Notes under the pieces: generated by a model | Told to the model about the DNA's origin: nothing | The model's database searches: none | The model's input: only the letters and a program-made list of their open reading frames with translations | Part shown: piece by piece, positions 9,976-18,900 of the stretch | Layout of the letters: the number at the start of each line of letters is the position of its first letter | Numbering within the stretch: position 1 is the stretch's first letter | From: an uncultured Actinomycetota bacterium | GTDB lineage: Bacteria > Actinomycetota > Actinomycetes > Mycobacteriales > Jatrophihabitantaceae | Assembly: GCA_963703085.1 (NCBI GenBank) | Contig: OY969789.1 | Location: forward strand, 1,523,398-1,587,397 | DNA: 64,000 nt | Direction of reading: 5' to 3' | Program-made: the position numbers and the translations under genes

Positions 9976-10009
9976 CTTGGAGAACGAGCGGCGCAGTAAC
10001 GTTCAGCGG

Positions 10010-10918
10010 GTGACGACACCGGTATCCGAGACGTTCGATGCGTCGGCCTGGCGACCGGTCGACGGGTTCGAGCTGACCGACCTCACCTACCACCGGCACG
10101 TGCACCTGGGCGTCGTGCGCATCGCCTTCGACCGGCCGGAAGTGCGCAACGCCTTCCGCCCGGGGACGGTCGACGAGCTGTACCGCGCGCTGGACCATGC
10201 CCGGATGACGCCGGACGTGGGAGCGGTGCTGCTCACCGGCAACGGCCCGTCGCCCAAGGACGGCGGCTGGGCATTCTGCTCGGGCGGTGACCAGCGCATC
10301 CGCGGTCGGGACGGCTACCGCTATGCCGGTGGCGACACGGCCGAGTCGATCGACCCGGCCCAGTCCGGGCGGCTGCACATCCTCGAGGTACAACGGCTGA
10401 TCCGCACCATGCCCAAGGTGGTGATCGCGCTGGTCGGCGGCTGGGCGGCCGGCGGCGGTCACTCGCTGCACGTGGTCTGCGATCTGACCATCGCCAGCCG
10501 CGAGCATGCCCGGTTCAAGCAGACCGACGCCGACGTGGGCAGCTTCGACGGCGGCTACGGATCTGCCTACCTGGCAAGGCAAACCGGGCAGAAGGTGGCC
10601 CGGGAGATCTTCTTCCTCGGCGCCGAGTACGACGCGCAGCGTGCCCTCGAGTTGCATGCGGTGAACGCGGTCGTCGGGCACGCCGACCTCGAACCGACCG
10701 GCATCGACTGGGCCCGCACCATCCTCGGCAAGAGCCCGACGGCCATCCGGATGCTGAAGTTCGCGTTCAACCTCGCCGACGACGGGCTGATGGGCCAACA
10801 GGTGTTCGCCGGTGAAGCGACTCGGCTGGCCTACATGACCGACGAAGCGGTCGAAGGACGCGATGCGTTCCTGCAGAAGCGGCCGCCGGACTGGTCGCCG
10901 TTCCCGTACCACTTCTGA
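10010..10918 (+). CDS. menB: 1,4-dihydroxy-2-naphthoyl-CoA synthase
   Basis: I trimmed the ORF to GTG 10010. Crotonase fold with MenB-specific stretches: AFCSGGDQRIRG, GWAAGGGHSLHVVCDLTIAS, KQTDADVGSFDGGYGSAYLAR, and C-terminal FLQKRPPDWSPFPYHF. Confidence 0.95.
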   Translation: MTTPVSETFDASAWRPVDGFELTDLTYHRHVHLGVVRIAFDRPEVRNAFRPGTVDELYRALDHARMTPDVGAVLLTGNGPSPKDGGWAFCSGGDQRIRGRDGYRYAGGDTAESIDPAQSGRLHILEVQRLIRTMPKVVIALVGGWAAGGGHSLHVVCDLTIASREHARFKQTDADVGSFDGGYGSAYLARQTGQKVAREIFFLGAEYDAQRALELHAVNAVVGHADLEPTGIDWARTILGKSPTAIRMLKFAFNLADDGLMGQQVFAGEATRLAYMTDEAVEGRDAFLQKRPPDWSPFPYHF

Positions 10919-12012
10919 TGGCAAGCCTGCGCGTCGTCCCGCCCTGCTACGACGTGGTGCTGCCGGCGCTGCGCGACGCGTTGGCCGGTGACCGACCGGT
11001 GCTGGTGTCCGACGATCAACGCGCGATCGAGGCGGCGCTGCCCGACGAGCCGGTCGCTGCGGACATTGCGCTGCTGGTGGCGACCAGCGGTTCGACCGGT
11101 CGGCCCAAGGTGGTCGAACTCCCCCGCGCCGCTATCACCGCGTCCGGCCGGGGCACCGAGCAGGTGCTGGGCGGGCCGGGCCAGTGGCTGCTCGCATTGC
11201 CCTTGCATTACATCGCCGGCGTGCAGGTGCTGGCTCGATCGCTGCTGGCCGGGACAGAGCCGGTCCGCCTCGCTGGTCCGACGTTCACGCCGCACGCCTT
11301 CGCCACAGCGACCGAACGCCTGCACGGCCCACGCCGCTACGTATCGGTGGTCCCGACCCAGTTGCGCCGGCTGCTTGCCGACGGTGCCGGGCTGGCCGCG
11401 TTGCAGTCCTACGATGCGGTGCTCGTCGGCGGGGCGGCCACGCCACCGGCGCTGCTGCGTGCCGCGCTGTCCGCGGACGTCCGCGCCGTCGTCACGTACG
11501 GGATGACCGAGACCGCCGGCGGGTGCGTCTACGACGGAACGCCGCTGCCTCAGGTGACTGTGCGCATCGACGCTGACGGCACCGTGCTGCTCGGCGGCGC
11601 GACCCTGGCGCGTGGCTATCGCGGGGGCATCGCGCAGGATGCGTTCGCCGGTGCGGAGTTCCGCACCTCTGACCTCGGTCGGATCGCAGCCGATGGCAGG
11701 CTCACCGTGCTCGGCCGGTCCGACGACGTCATCATCACCGGCGGCGTCAACGTCCACCCCTTGGCCGTGGAGGCAGTCCTCGCCCAGCAGATCGGCGTCG
11801 CGGACTGCGCGGTGGCCGGCGTTCCCGACGACGAGTGGGGGCAGGCCGTGGTCGCCTGGGTGGTCGGGACCGCCTCGGCCGACGACTTGCGGGCTGCCGT
11901 TCGGGCCGAGCTCGGCGCCGCAGCCGTACCGAAGCAGGTACGGCACGTCGAGTCGATCCCCGTGACCGAAACGGGAAAGCCGGACCGACGCCGGCTGCGC
12001 GGCGCCGGCTGA
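10918..12012 (+). CDS. menE: o-succinylbenzoate--CoA ligase
   Basis: 364 aa short adenylate-forming enzyme. AMP-binding motifs ATSGSTGRPKVV and YGMTETAGG are present. The ATG overlaps the menB stop (TGATG). Confidence 0.85.
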   Translation: MASLRVVPPCYDVVLPALRDALAGDRPVLVSDDQRAIEAALPDEPVAADIALLVATSGSTGRPKVVELPRAAITASGRGTEQVLGGPGQWLLALPLHYIAGVQVLARSLLAGTEPVRLAGPTFTPHAFATATERLHGPRRYVSVVPTQLRRLLADGAGLAALQSYDAVLVGGAATPPALLRAALSADVRAVVTYGMTETAGGCVYDGTPLPQVTVRIDADGTVLLGGATLARGYRGGIAQDAFAGAEFRTSDLGRIAADGRLTVLGRSDDVIITGGVNVHPLAVEAVLAQQIGVADCAVAGVPDDEWGQAVVAWVVGTASADDLRAAVRAELGAAAVPKQVRHVESIPVTETGKPDRRRLRGAG

Positions 12013-12038
12013 TTCCGCCCTAGGCGAGTCGGGAGCGG

Positions 12039-12773
12039 CTAGGCCGGTTCCGGCTGGACCGCGCGGGCGCGTTCCGGCCGGCGTGCCCGACGCAGCCGGG
12101 ACCGGGCGCCACCGCTGCTGTTGGCCCGCGCCACCGGCGACATCAGTTGGGTCGCCCCGGCGAGGAGCAAATCGACGACGATCGCCAGTACCGCGACCAG
12201 GATGGCGCCGGCCACCAACTGCGGGTTGTCGCTGGTGGTCTGGCCGTCGATGACGAGCCGGCCCAGGCCGCCCTGCGACACGAGCGCGGCAAGCGTCGCG
12301 GTCGCGATCACGTTCGTCACCGCCGTGCGGACCCCGGCCAAGCTCAGCGGCAGCGCCAAGGGGAATTCGACCCGCAACGCGATCTGCACCGGCGACATGC
12401 CCATGCCCCGGGCCGCGTCGACTGCGTCCTTGTCCGCCTCGCGCATCCCCACGTAGGTGTTGGTGATGATCGGCGGCAACGCCAGCAACACCAACGCGAT
12501 GATGGTGGGCCACTTGCTGCTGTAGCCGCGCGGCAACAGCTGCGAAGCAAGTCCGAGGAAGGCGATCGACGGCACCGCGCGGCCGACGTTCGACACGTTG
12601 ATCGCCAGGAACCCGAGCCGGCCGCTGTGCCCGCAGGCGACCGCGATCGGCAGCGCGATGAGCAGTGCGATCACCATGCTGATGGCGGTGAACTGCAGAT
12701 GCTCCACGATGCGGTGCAGGATGCCTTCGGAGCCCCACCAGTTCGCGCTGGTCGTCAGGTAGTCGAGGTTCAC
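12039..12773 (-). CDS. glycine betaine/choline-type ABC transporter permease
   Basis: I trimmed the ORF to GTG 12773, which overlaps the upstream stop (GTGA). BPD-type permease with an EAA-like loop: VGMREADKDAVDAARGMGMSPVQIALRVEFPLALP. Confidence 0.9.
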   Translation of the reverse strand: MNLDYLTTSANWWGSEGILHRIVEHLQFTAISMVIALLIALPIAVACGHSGRLGFLAINVSNVGRAVPSIAFLGLASQLLPRGYSSKWPTIIALVLLALPPIITNTYVGMREADKDAVDAARGMGMSPVQIALRVEFPLALPLSLAGVRTAVTNVIATATLAALVSQGGLGRLVIDGQTTSDNPQLVAGAILVAVLAIVVDLLLAGATQLMSPVARANSSGGARSRLRRARRPERARAVQPEPA

Positions 12774-13507
12774 GCCAGTACCTCCGCGGCCCGATCGGGC
12801 TTTGCTGCGGCTCGGGTGCTGCGCTTGCTCGGTCCCCTCGACCACGGCGTGGCCAGCCAGCCGATCACCACGAACAGCACGTCGGCGATGACGGCCAACA
12901 GCACCGCCAGCGCAGAACCGACGATCACCGCCGTGGGGAACTGCTGCTGCATGCCTTGGGTGATGATCAGATCGCCCAGGCCGCCCTGCGTCACCAGCGC
13001 GGCGAAGGTGGCCAGTCCGACCGTGGTCACGGTGGCGATCCGCAGACCCGCGATGATGCTCGGCAGGGCCAGCGGCAGTTCGACGCGGACCAGCATCTGC
13101 ATCGACGACAGACCCATCCCGCGAGCCGCTTCCCGCACATCCGGGCTCACCTGCTCCAGCCCGGTGATGATGTTGCGGATCAGGATCAGCAGCGTGTAGC
13201 TGACCAGCACGATCTCGATGGTGCTTCGGGTGATGTACCCGGTGTACGGGCCGAGCAGGAACAGCGCGGCGATACCGGGGATCGTGTATAGCACGCTGGC
13301 TACCCCGAGGACCGGCCCTTGCAGCCAGCGAAACCTGCGCAGCAGCACCGCGATCGGCAGAGACAGCAGAAAGCCGATCAGCACGGCCTCGACGGTCAGG
13401 CTGATGTGCTCCTGGAAGGCGGTACTGATCGTGTCGGAGTTTTCGTGAACCCAGTCCCAGTCGAAGAGCTGCTGACCGGCCGGCAGCGCGAGCACGATGT
13501 CGCTCAT
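12770..13507 (-). CDS. glycine betaine/choline-type ABC transporter permease
   Basis: 245 aa with multiple TM helices. EAA loop: GLEQVSPDVREAARGMGLSSMQMLVRVELPLALP. Confidence 0.9.
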   Translation of the reverse strand: MSDIVLALPAGQQLFDWDWVHENSDTISTAFQEHISLTVEAVLIGFLLSLPIAVLLRRFRWLQGPVLGVASVLYTIPGIAALFLLGPYTGYITRSTIEIVLVSYTLLILIRNIITGLEQVSPDVREAARGMGLSSMQMLVRVELPLALPSIIAGLRIATVTTVGLATFAALVTQGGLGDLIITQGMQQQFPTAVIVGSALAVLLAVIADVLFVVIGWLATPWSRGPSKRSTRAAAKPDRAAEVLA

Positions 13508-13620
13508 GTCGCTAGCCTAGGTCGGATGCCCGACGACGGGCCATCGGTCCTTCCCGACAAGCGGAGCGAGTGCCGGACCCTCCTGGGAGCCGGCTGCGCG
13601 TCCAGGAGGAGTGGCACCCG

Positions 13621-14772
13621 GTGAACGCTACCCCCGACACGATGATCCGGCTGGACGCGCTGGCGAAGCGGTATCCCGACGGGACAACGGCCGTGCACGA
13701 CCTCACCATGGACATGCCGCGCGGCGAGATCTCCATGCTGGTCGGCCCGTCCGGCTGCGGCAAGACCACCACGATGAAGATGATCAACCGGCTCATCGAA
13801 CCCACCTCGGGCACGATCCTGCTCGACGGCGACGATGTCACGCACGGCGATCCGGTGCGGCTGCGTCGCGACATCGGGTACGTGATCCAGAACGTCGGAC
13901 TGTTCCCGCACCGCACGATCGCGCAGAACATCGCCACCGTGCCCGGCCTGGTCGGCTGGGACAAGAAGCGCACGGCGACTCGGGTGAACGAGCTGCTGGA
14001 GCTGGTCAGCCTCGACCCGAAGACCTTCGCCAAGCGCTATCCGCACCAGCTCTCCGGCGGGCAGCGCCAGCGCGTCGGCGTCGCCCGCGCGCTGGCAGTC
14101 GACCCGAAGGTGTTGCTGATGGACGAGCCGTTCTCGGCCATCGATCCGATCGCCCGCGACCGGCTGCAAGGCGAGTTCCTGCGGCTGCAGGCCGAGGTGC
14201 AGAAGACGATCGTGTTCGTCACCCACGACATCGAAGAAGCGGTCCGGGTCGGCGACAAGATCGCCGTGCTCTCCCAGGGTGGTCATCTCGAGCAGTACGC
14301 CGACCCGGCGACCTTGCTCGGCTCGCCGGCCAACGATTTCGTCGCCGACTTCGTCGGATCGGACCGCGGCCTGAAGCGGCTGGCGGTCACTCCGATCACC
14401 GTCGAGGATCTCGAGGTACCGCCGACGGTGCACCTCGGCGACACGCTGGCGCAGGCCCGGGAGTCGATGGACCGAGCGGGCGCGCGCTGGGCGGTGGTGG
14501 TCGACGATGCGGAGTCGCTGCACGGCTGGCTGGCCAAGCAAAGCGCGACGGGCACCGGCGACGTGGCCGGCCAGGCGCGCCGGATGGAGGCGTGGGTGCC
14601 CAAGGACGCGTCGCTCAAGCAAGCCTTCGCCACGATGCTGCAGCAGGACGCCGGCTGGGTCGCGGTCCTGGACGGCGACCGGTTGCTCGGCGTGCTCACC
14701 CCGGAGTCGTTGCACGCCGCCCTGCGGCATTCCGTCGAGGACGTCGAACCGGAGACCGCCGGCGCGGTCTGA
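13621..14772 (+). CDS. glycine betaine/proline-type ABC transporter ATP-binding protein with C-terminal CBS pair
   Basis: GTG 13621 is preceded by AGGAGG 12 nt upstream. Walker A GPSGCGKTT, signature LSGGQRQRVGVARAL and Walker B LLMDEPFSAID are present. The C-terminal roughly 120 aa is CBS-like, as in OpuCA/ProV. Confidence 0.9.
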   Translation: MNATPDTMIRLDALAKRYPDGTTAVHDLTMDMPRGEISMLVGPSGCGKTTTMKMINRLIEPTSGTILLDGDDVTHGDPVRLRRDIGYVIQNVGLFPHRTIAQNIATVPGLVGWDKKRTATRVNELLELVSLDPKTFAKRYPHQLSGGQRQRVGVARALAVDPKVLLMDEPFSAIDPIARDRLQGEFLRLQAEVQKTIVFVTHDIEEAVRVGDKIAVLSQGGHLEQYADPATLLGSPANDFVADFVGSDRGLKRLAVTPITVEDLEVPPTVHLGDTLAQARESMDRAGARWAVVVDDAESLHGWLAKQSATGTGDVAGQARRMEAWVPKDASLKQAFATMLQQDAGWVAVLDGDRLLGVLTPESLHAALRHSVEDVEPETAGAV

Positions 14773-14825
14773 CCGATCCCGACGCGTACTCGCAATGCCG
14801 GGCTGCTGCCCGGAACTCGGGTGGC

Positions 14826-15317
14826 TCACGCCAGCGTGATCGGCGCATTCGGCGGCCCGGCGCTGAGCAACTCCGCCAGGTCGCGGGGCAGCGTCCGCGG
14901 GGCGAACAGCTCCTCGCCGTGGTAACCGCTGAGCTCCTGCGTCGGCCACCACCGGAAGCCGGAGATGTTCTCGGCAGCGAGCTGACCCGCGCTGAAGTGG
15001 CTCGCCGGGACGAATGAGTCGGTGCGCACGAGGAAGTAGTCGTTGACGATCCCGTCGTAGCCGGCGACGTGACCGGCCTCGATGACTTCGTGATGCCAGA
15101 CATGAGGCGGCTCGCCGTCGAGGTCGAGACCGACCTCTTCGAGCAGTTCGCGACGCAGCGCATGCCGCAGCGTCTCGCCCGGCTCGACCCCACCGCCGGG
15201 GGCAGCCCAGACGACCGGGCCGCCTTCGTGGGTCAGATCGATACGGCACAGCAGCAACCGATCGTCGCGGTCGACGATCAGCGCACGGGCGGAATGCCGC
15301 AGCCGCGGGTCAGCCAT
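14826..15317 (-). CDS. NUDIX hydrolase
   Basis: Nudix box GGGVEPGETLRHALRRELLEEVG. Confidence 0.9.
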   Translation of the reverse strand: MADPRLRHSARALIVDRDDRLLLCRIDLTHEGGPVVWAAPGGGVEPGETLRHALRRELLEEVGLDLDGEPPHVWHHEVIEAGHVAGYDGIVNDYFLVRTDSFVPASHFSAGQLAAENISGFRWWPTQELSGYHGEELFAPRTLPRDLAELLSAGPPNAPITLA

Positions 15318-15361
15318 TCGCAGCAGGCTACCGAGCTCGCTCGGCGATGGGTTCCGCTGCC

Positions 15362-15991
15362 CTAGGCGTGCTCAGTCGCGAGCTTCGCGCTGAAGCCGAG
15401 CAGGGCCAGCCCGGTGGTCGCGTCCAGACCGCGGCGCACCCGACGCCGGGCGAGCACGGTCCGGGCCTGGTGCAGGAAGGTGACCAGCACGAACAGGTAG
15501 CCGAGGCCGAGCGTGGCATGACTCACCGCATAGGTCAGCAACACCGGAATGCCGGAGTCACGGCCCAGGAACTGCGGCAGCACCGCAAGGTAGAACACCA
15601 GCACCTTCGGGTTGGTGATGTTGGACAGAAAGCCCTGCCGCCACCCGGCGATCGCCTGGGTTGCGCTTCGCTCGCCGCCGTCCGACGCCGACGGATAGTC
15701 GCCGCGAACGGCCGAACGCAGTGCCTGCACCGCGAGGAAGACCAGGTAGCCGATGCCTGCCCACTTGATCGCCTGGAACAGTGGCTCGACTCGCACCACC
15801 ACGGCGCCGAGGCCGGCCGCTGCCGCCGCGCCCTGCAGCAGGTTCGAGCTGCCCACCCCCAACGACGTCCACACCCCGCGCCGTCTGCCACCGACCAGTG
15901 TGTTTCTGGTGACGACCGCGAAGTCCGGTCCCGGAATGAGGATCAGCACGACCGCGAAGACCAGGAACGACCCGTAGCTCGACCAGTTCAC
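15362..15991 (-). CDS. LysE/RhtB family amino-acid exporter
   Basis: 209 aa with about 6 TM helices. N-terminal FLVFAVVLILIPGPDFAVV is typical of the LysE family. Confidence 0.9.
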   Translation of the reverse strand: MNWSSYGSFLVFAVVLILIPGPDFAVVTRNTLVGGRRRGVWTSLGVGSSNLLQGAAAAAGLGAVVVRVEPLFQAIKWAGIGYLVFLAVQALRSAVRGDYPSASDGGERSATQAIAGWRQGFLSNITNPKVLVFYLAVLPQFLGRDSGIPVLLTYAVSHATLGLGYLFVLVTFLHQARTVLARRRVRRGLDATTGLALLGFSAKLATEHA

Positions 15992-16036
15992 GCCCTCTAC
16001 CTTGCCATCCGATGCTGCGCCTGCGCTGCCGCCGGT

Positions 16037-16492
16037 CTACTTCTCCCGGTCAGCGTTGGGATCGATGGCGGCGCGCTCGAGGAGCAGACCGGCGACGATG
16101 AGAGCGGCCGCGGCAACGGCCAGCACAATGCCCACGAAGGTGTCGTGGCCGGCCGCCTTGACCCGCCCGGCGTCCGGGACGACGCGCACCAGGATGCCCG
16201 CGGCGGCGCCCAGCACCGCGGCGCCTACGACGGCGGATGCCTTGCCCAATGCGGCGCAGCGGGCGATGCTCAGCGCCGACATCAACCGCGCGCCGGGTCG
16301 GTGCCCGATCGCCGCAGCCACCCGACGCGCGACCACGAACTCCGCGACAGCCAATGCGGCCAGCGGAAGCGGCGTGACCAACTGCAGCGGAGGGATCGAC
16401 TCGTAGGAATGCCGCAGCAGGACATACACCGAGATCGCGATGATGCCGAACGGCACCGCGAGATCACCCGACTGGGTGCGCCGCATCTTCAT
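16037..16492 (-). CDS. DUF3180 membrane protein (Rv3605c-like)
   Basis: I trimmed the ORF to ATG 16492 (MKMRRTQSGDLAVPFGIIAISVYVLL...). Four predicted TM helices. The start overlaps the folK stop (ATGA). It holds the conserved position downstream of folK. Confidence 0.8.
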   Translation of the reverse strand: MKMRRTQSGDLAVPFGIIAISVYVLLRHSYESIPPLQLVTPLPLAALAVAEFVVARRVAAAIGHRPGARLMSALSIARCAALGKASAVVGAAVLGAAAGILVRVVPDAGRVKAAGHDTFVGIVLAVAAAALIVAGLLLERAAIDPNADREK

Positions 16493-17010
16493 TGCAGGCT
16501 CATCCCGGGTTGCTCGACCACGCCGGCGACCTCGTCCGGGGACAGTCCGGCGAGCAGAACATCGACCCGGCCGAGTCCGTCGAGCTGTGCGTCCGGGTCG
16601 GCGGCCAGCCACGGCACCAGCACGAACGCCCGTTCCGCGGCGCGCGGGTGCGGCAGCGTCAAGTCCCGGTCGGTCAAGTGCACTCCGGGCACCGAGATGA
16701 CGTCGACGTCGAGGGTGCGCGGGCCCCACCGCACCGCTCGGGTGCGCCCGGCCGCGTCTTCGGCACCGTGCGCGCGCGCCAACCAGTCCGCCGCCGACGC
16801 CGTCGGGTCGTCGACCAGCAGCACCGCATTGAGGAACGGCCCCTGCTCGACCGGGCCCCACGGAGGTGTCTCATACACCGGCGACGCGGCGACCAGCCAC
16901 CGGCGCAGCACGTCGACGGCGCTGCGCAGGTGCTGCAGGCGGTCGCCCAGATTCGATCCGATCGACAGCACTGCGGAGCTCACCGCGCAGTCCACCATCG
17001 ATGAGCGCAC
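16489..17010 (-). CDS. folK: 2-amino-4-hydroxy-6-hydroxymethyldihydropteridine diphosphokinase
   Basis: HPPK motifs: SIGSNLGDR, SPVYETPPWG, FLNAVLLV, RWGPRTLDVDVI, LPHPRAAERAFVLVPW. Confidence 0.9.
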   Translation of the reverse strand: MRSSMVDCAVSSAVLSIGSNLGDRLQHLRSAVDVLRRWLVAASPVYETPPWGPVEQGPFLNAVLLVDDPTASAADWLARAHGAEDAAGRTRAVRWGPRTLDVDVISVPGVHLTDRDLTLPHPRAAERAFVLVPWLAADPDAQLDGLGRVDVLLAGLSPDEVAGVVEQPGMSLQ

Positions 17011-17020
17011 TGCCTTTTGG

Positions 17021-17389
17021 TCATTGCCGGTCCCGGCGGATCGTCACGCTCACGTCGGCGAACTCGTGCGGGATCGGCGCCTGCGGTTTGTGCACCGTCA
17101 CCGTCGCCGCATGCACCCGGGAGTCAGCGAGGCAGCAGCTCAGCAGCCGGTCCGCCAGCGTCTCCAGCAGATTCACCGGGGCACCGGTCAGCACGGCCAC
17201 CAACGCCTCGGCGAGTTCCCCGTAGTGCACCGTGTCGGCGACGTCGTCACTGGCGGCCGCCGGCGCGGTGTCCAGTTCGAGTACCGCATCGACGACGAAC
17301 TCCTGGCCGTCGCGGCGCTCGCCCGGGTAGACGCCGTGATAGCCGAATGCCCGCAGCCCGGTCAGCTCGATCCGGTCAGCCTGATTCAT
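17021..17389 (-). CDS. folB: dihydroneopterin aldolase
   Basis: I trimmed the ORF to ATG 17389 (MNQADRIELTGLRAFGYHGVYPGERRDGQEFVVD...TVHYGEL...VTVHKPQAPI). Classic FolB signature. Confidence 0.9.
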   Translation of the reverse strand: MNQADRIELTGLRAFGYHGVYPGERRDGQEFVVDAVLELDTAPAAASDDVADTVHYGELAEALVAVLTGAPVNLLETLADRLLSCCLADSRVHAATVTVHKPQAPIPHEFADVSVTIRRDRQ

Positions 17390-18260
17390 TGCTGGCTCCG
17401 CCGGCGGTGCTCGTGCCCTGCGCCCGTTCCTGCTGAATGCGGCCGATGACGGTGGCGGCGTCCACGCTGGCCACCACGTCGTGCACCCGAACCCCCCAGA
17501 CGCCCTGCTCAGCACAGAAGGCGGTGAGCGCGGTGGTTGCGTCCTCCCGCTGGTCGACTGGTCGAGGGGTGTCGTCGTCAATGGCGAGCAGCCGGCCCAG
17601 GAAGGACTTGCGCGAGGCCGCGACGAGCACCGGATACCCCAGCGCGGTGAAGGCATCCAGATGCGCCAGCAGCGCCCAGTCGTGTGCCGGCTTCTTCGCG
17701 AAGCCAAGACCGGGGTCCACCACGAGCTGGGCCTCGGTGACGCCGGCGGCGAGCGCCGCGTCGATCCGCTCGGTCAGCTCGCTGCGGACCTCGGCCACCA
17801 CGTCGTCGTAGTGCGCCAGCTGTCGCATGGTCGAACTGTGCCCGCGCCAGTGCATCAGCACCCAGGGACACCCGGCATCGCGCACCACCCGGGCCATGTC
17901 CGCGTCGGCGAGCCCGCCGGAGACGTCGTTGACGACTCGCGCCCCGGCAGACAGCGCCGCCTCTGCGACCGCGGCCCGAGAAGTATCGACGCTGAGCGGC
18001 ACCCCGGCCGCAGCGAGCGCCTCGATGACCGGGACGACGCGCTCCCGCTCCACCTCGGCATCGACTCTGGCTGCTCCGGGACGGGTCGACTCGCCGCCCA
18101 CGTCGATGAGGTCAGCCCCGGCGCCGTGCATCTCGATGCCGTGCGCCACGGCCGCGTCGAGGCTGTCCCAGCGACCGCCGTCGGAGAACGAATCGGGTGT
18201 CACGTTCAGCACCCCGACCACCACTATCCGGTCGTCCCGGAACGGCAGCCCCGCAGCCAC
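17376..18260 (-). CDS. folP: dihydropteroate synthase
   Basis: GVLNVTPDSFSDGG, DVGGESTRPGA, SVDT and NDVSGG motifs. Confidence 0.95.
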   Translation of the reverse strand: MAAGLPFRDDRIVVVGVLNVTPDSFSDGGRWDSLDAAVAHGIEMHGAGADLIDVGGESTRPGAARVDAEVERERVVPVIEALAAAGVPLSVDTSRAAVAEAALSAGARVVNDVSGGLADADMARVVRDAGCPWVLMHWRGHSSTMRQLAHYDDVVAEVRSELTERIDAALAAGVTEAQLVVDPGLGFAKKPAHDWALLAHLDAFTALGYPVLVAASRKSFLGRLLAIDDDTPRPVDQREDATTALTAFCAEQGVWGVRVHDVVASVDAATVIGRIQQERAQGTSTAGGASNESG

Positions 18261-18263
18261 CCG

Positions 18264-18872
18264 CTACCGGCCCAGAATCAGGGTCAGCGCCTCTGCCCGC
18301 GAGCGAGGGTCCGACCGGAAGCCGCCACGTACCGCGGAGGTGACGGTGCGGGCACCGGGCTTCTTGATGCCGCGCATGGCCATGCACAGATGCTCGGCCT
18401 CCACGACGACGATGACCCCGCGCGGCTGCAGCACCCGGGCCACTGCGTCGGCCACCTGGGAGGTGAGCCGCTCTTGCACCTGCGGGCGGCGGGCGTACAG
18501 ATCGACCAGCCGGGCGAGTTTGGACAGCCCGGTGATCCGGCCGTTCTCGCCGGGGATGTAGCCCACCGCTGCCGTGCCGTGCCACGGCACCAGGTGGTGC
18601 TCACACGTCGAGTACAGCGGGATGTCCTTGACCAGGACCAGCTCGTCGTAGTTCTCCTCGAACGTGGTTTCCAGCACCTCGTCGGGGTCGACGAACAGTC
18701 CGGCAAAGATCTCCGCGTACGCCCGCGCGACGCGTACCGGCGTGGCCTTCAGGCCTGCGCGATCCGGGTCCTCGCCGACGGCCAGCAGGAGCTCGCGCAC
18801 CGCAGCCTCGGCCCGGGGCAGGTCGACCGCCCCCGGGACAGGCGTAGCACCGGGTGAAGTGTCGCTTGCCAT
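18264..18872 (-). CDS. folE: GTP cyclohydrolase I
   Basis: [31 protein letters not shown] and [11 protein letters not shown] motifs. Confidence 0.95.
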   Translation of the reverse strand: MASDTSPGATPVPGAVDLPRAEAAVRELLLAVGEDPDRAGLKATPVRVARAYAEIFAGLFVDPDEVLETTFEENYDELVLVKDIPLYSTCEHHLVPWHGTAAVGYIPGENGRITGLSKLARLVDLYARRPQVQERLTSQVADAVARVLQPRGVIVVVEAEHLCMAMRGIKKPGARTVTSAVRGGFRSDPRSRAEALTLILGR

Positions 18873-18900
18873 TACCGTGTGCCCGTCCCGTGTGCGGCAC

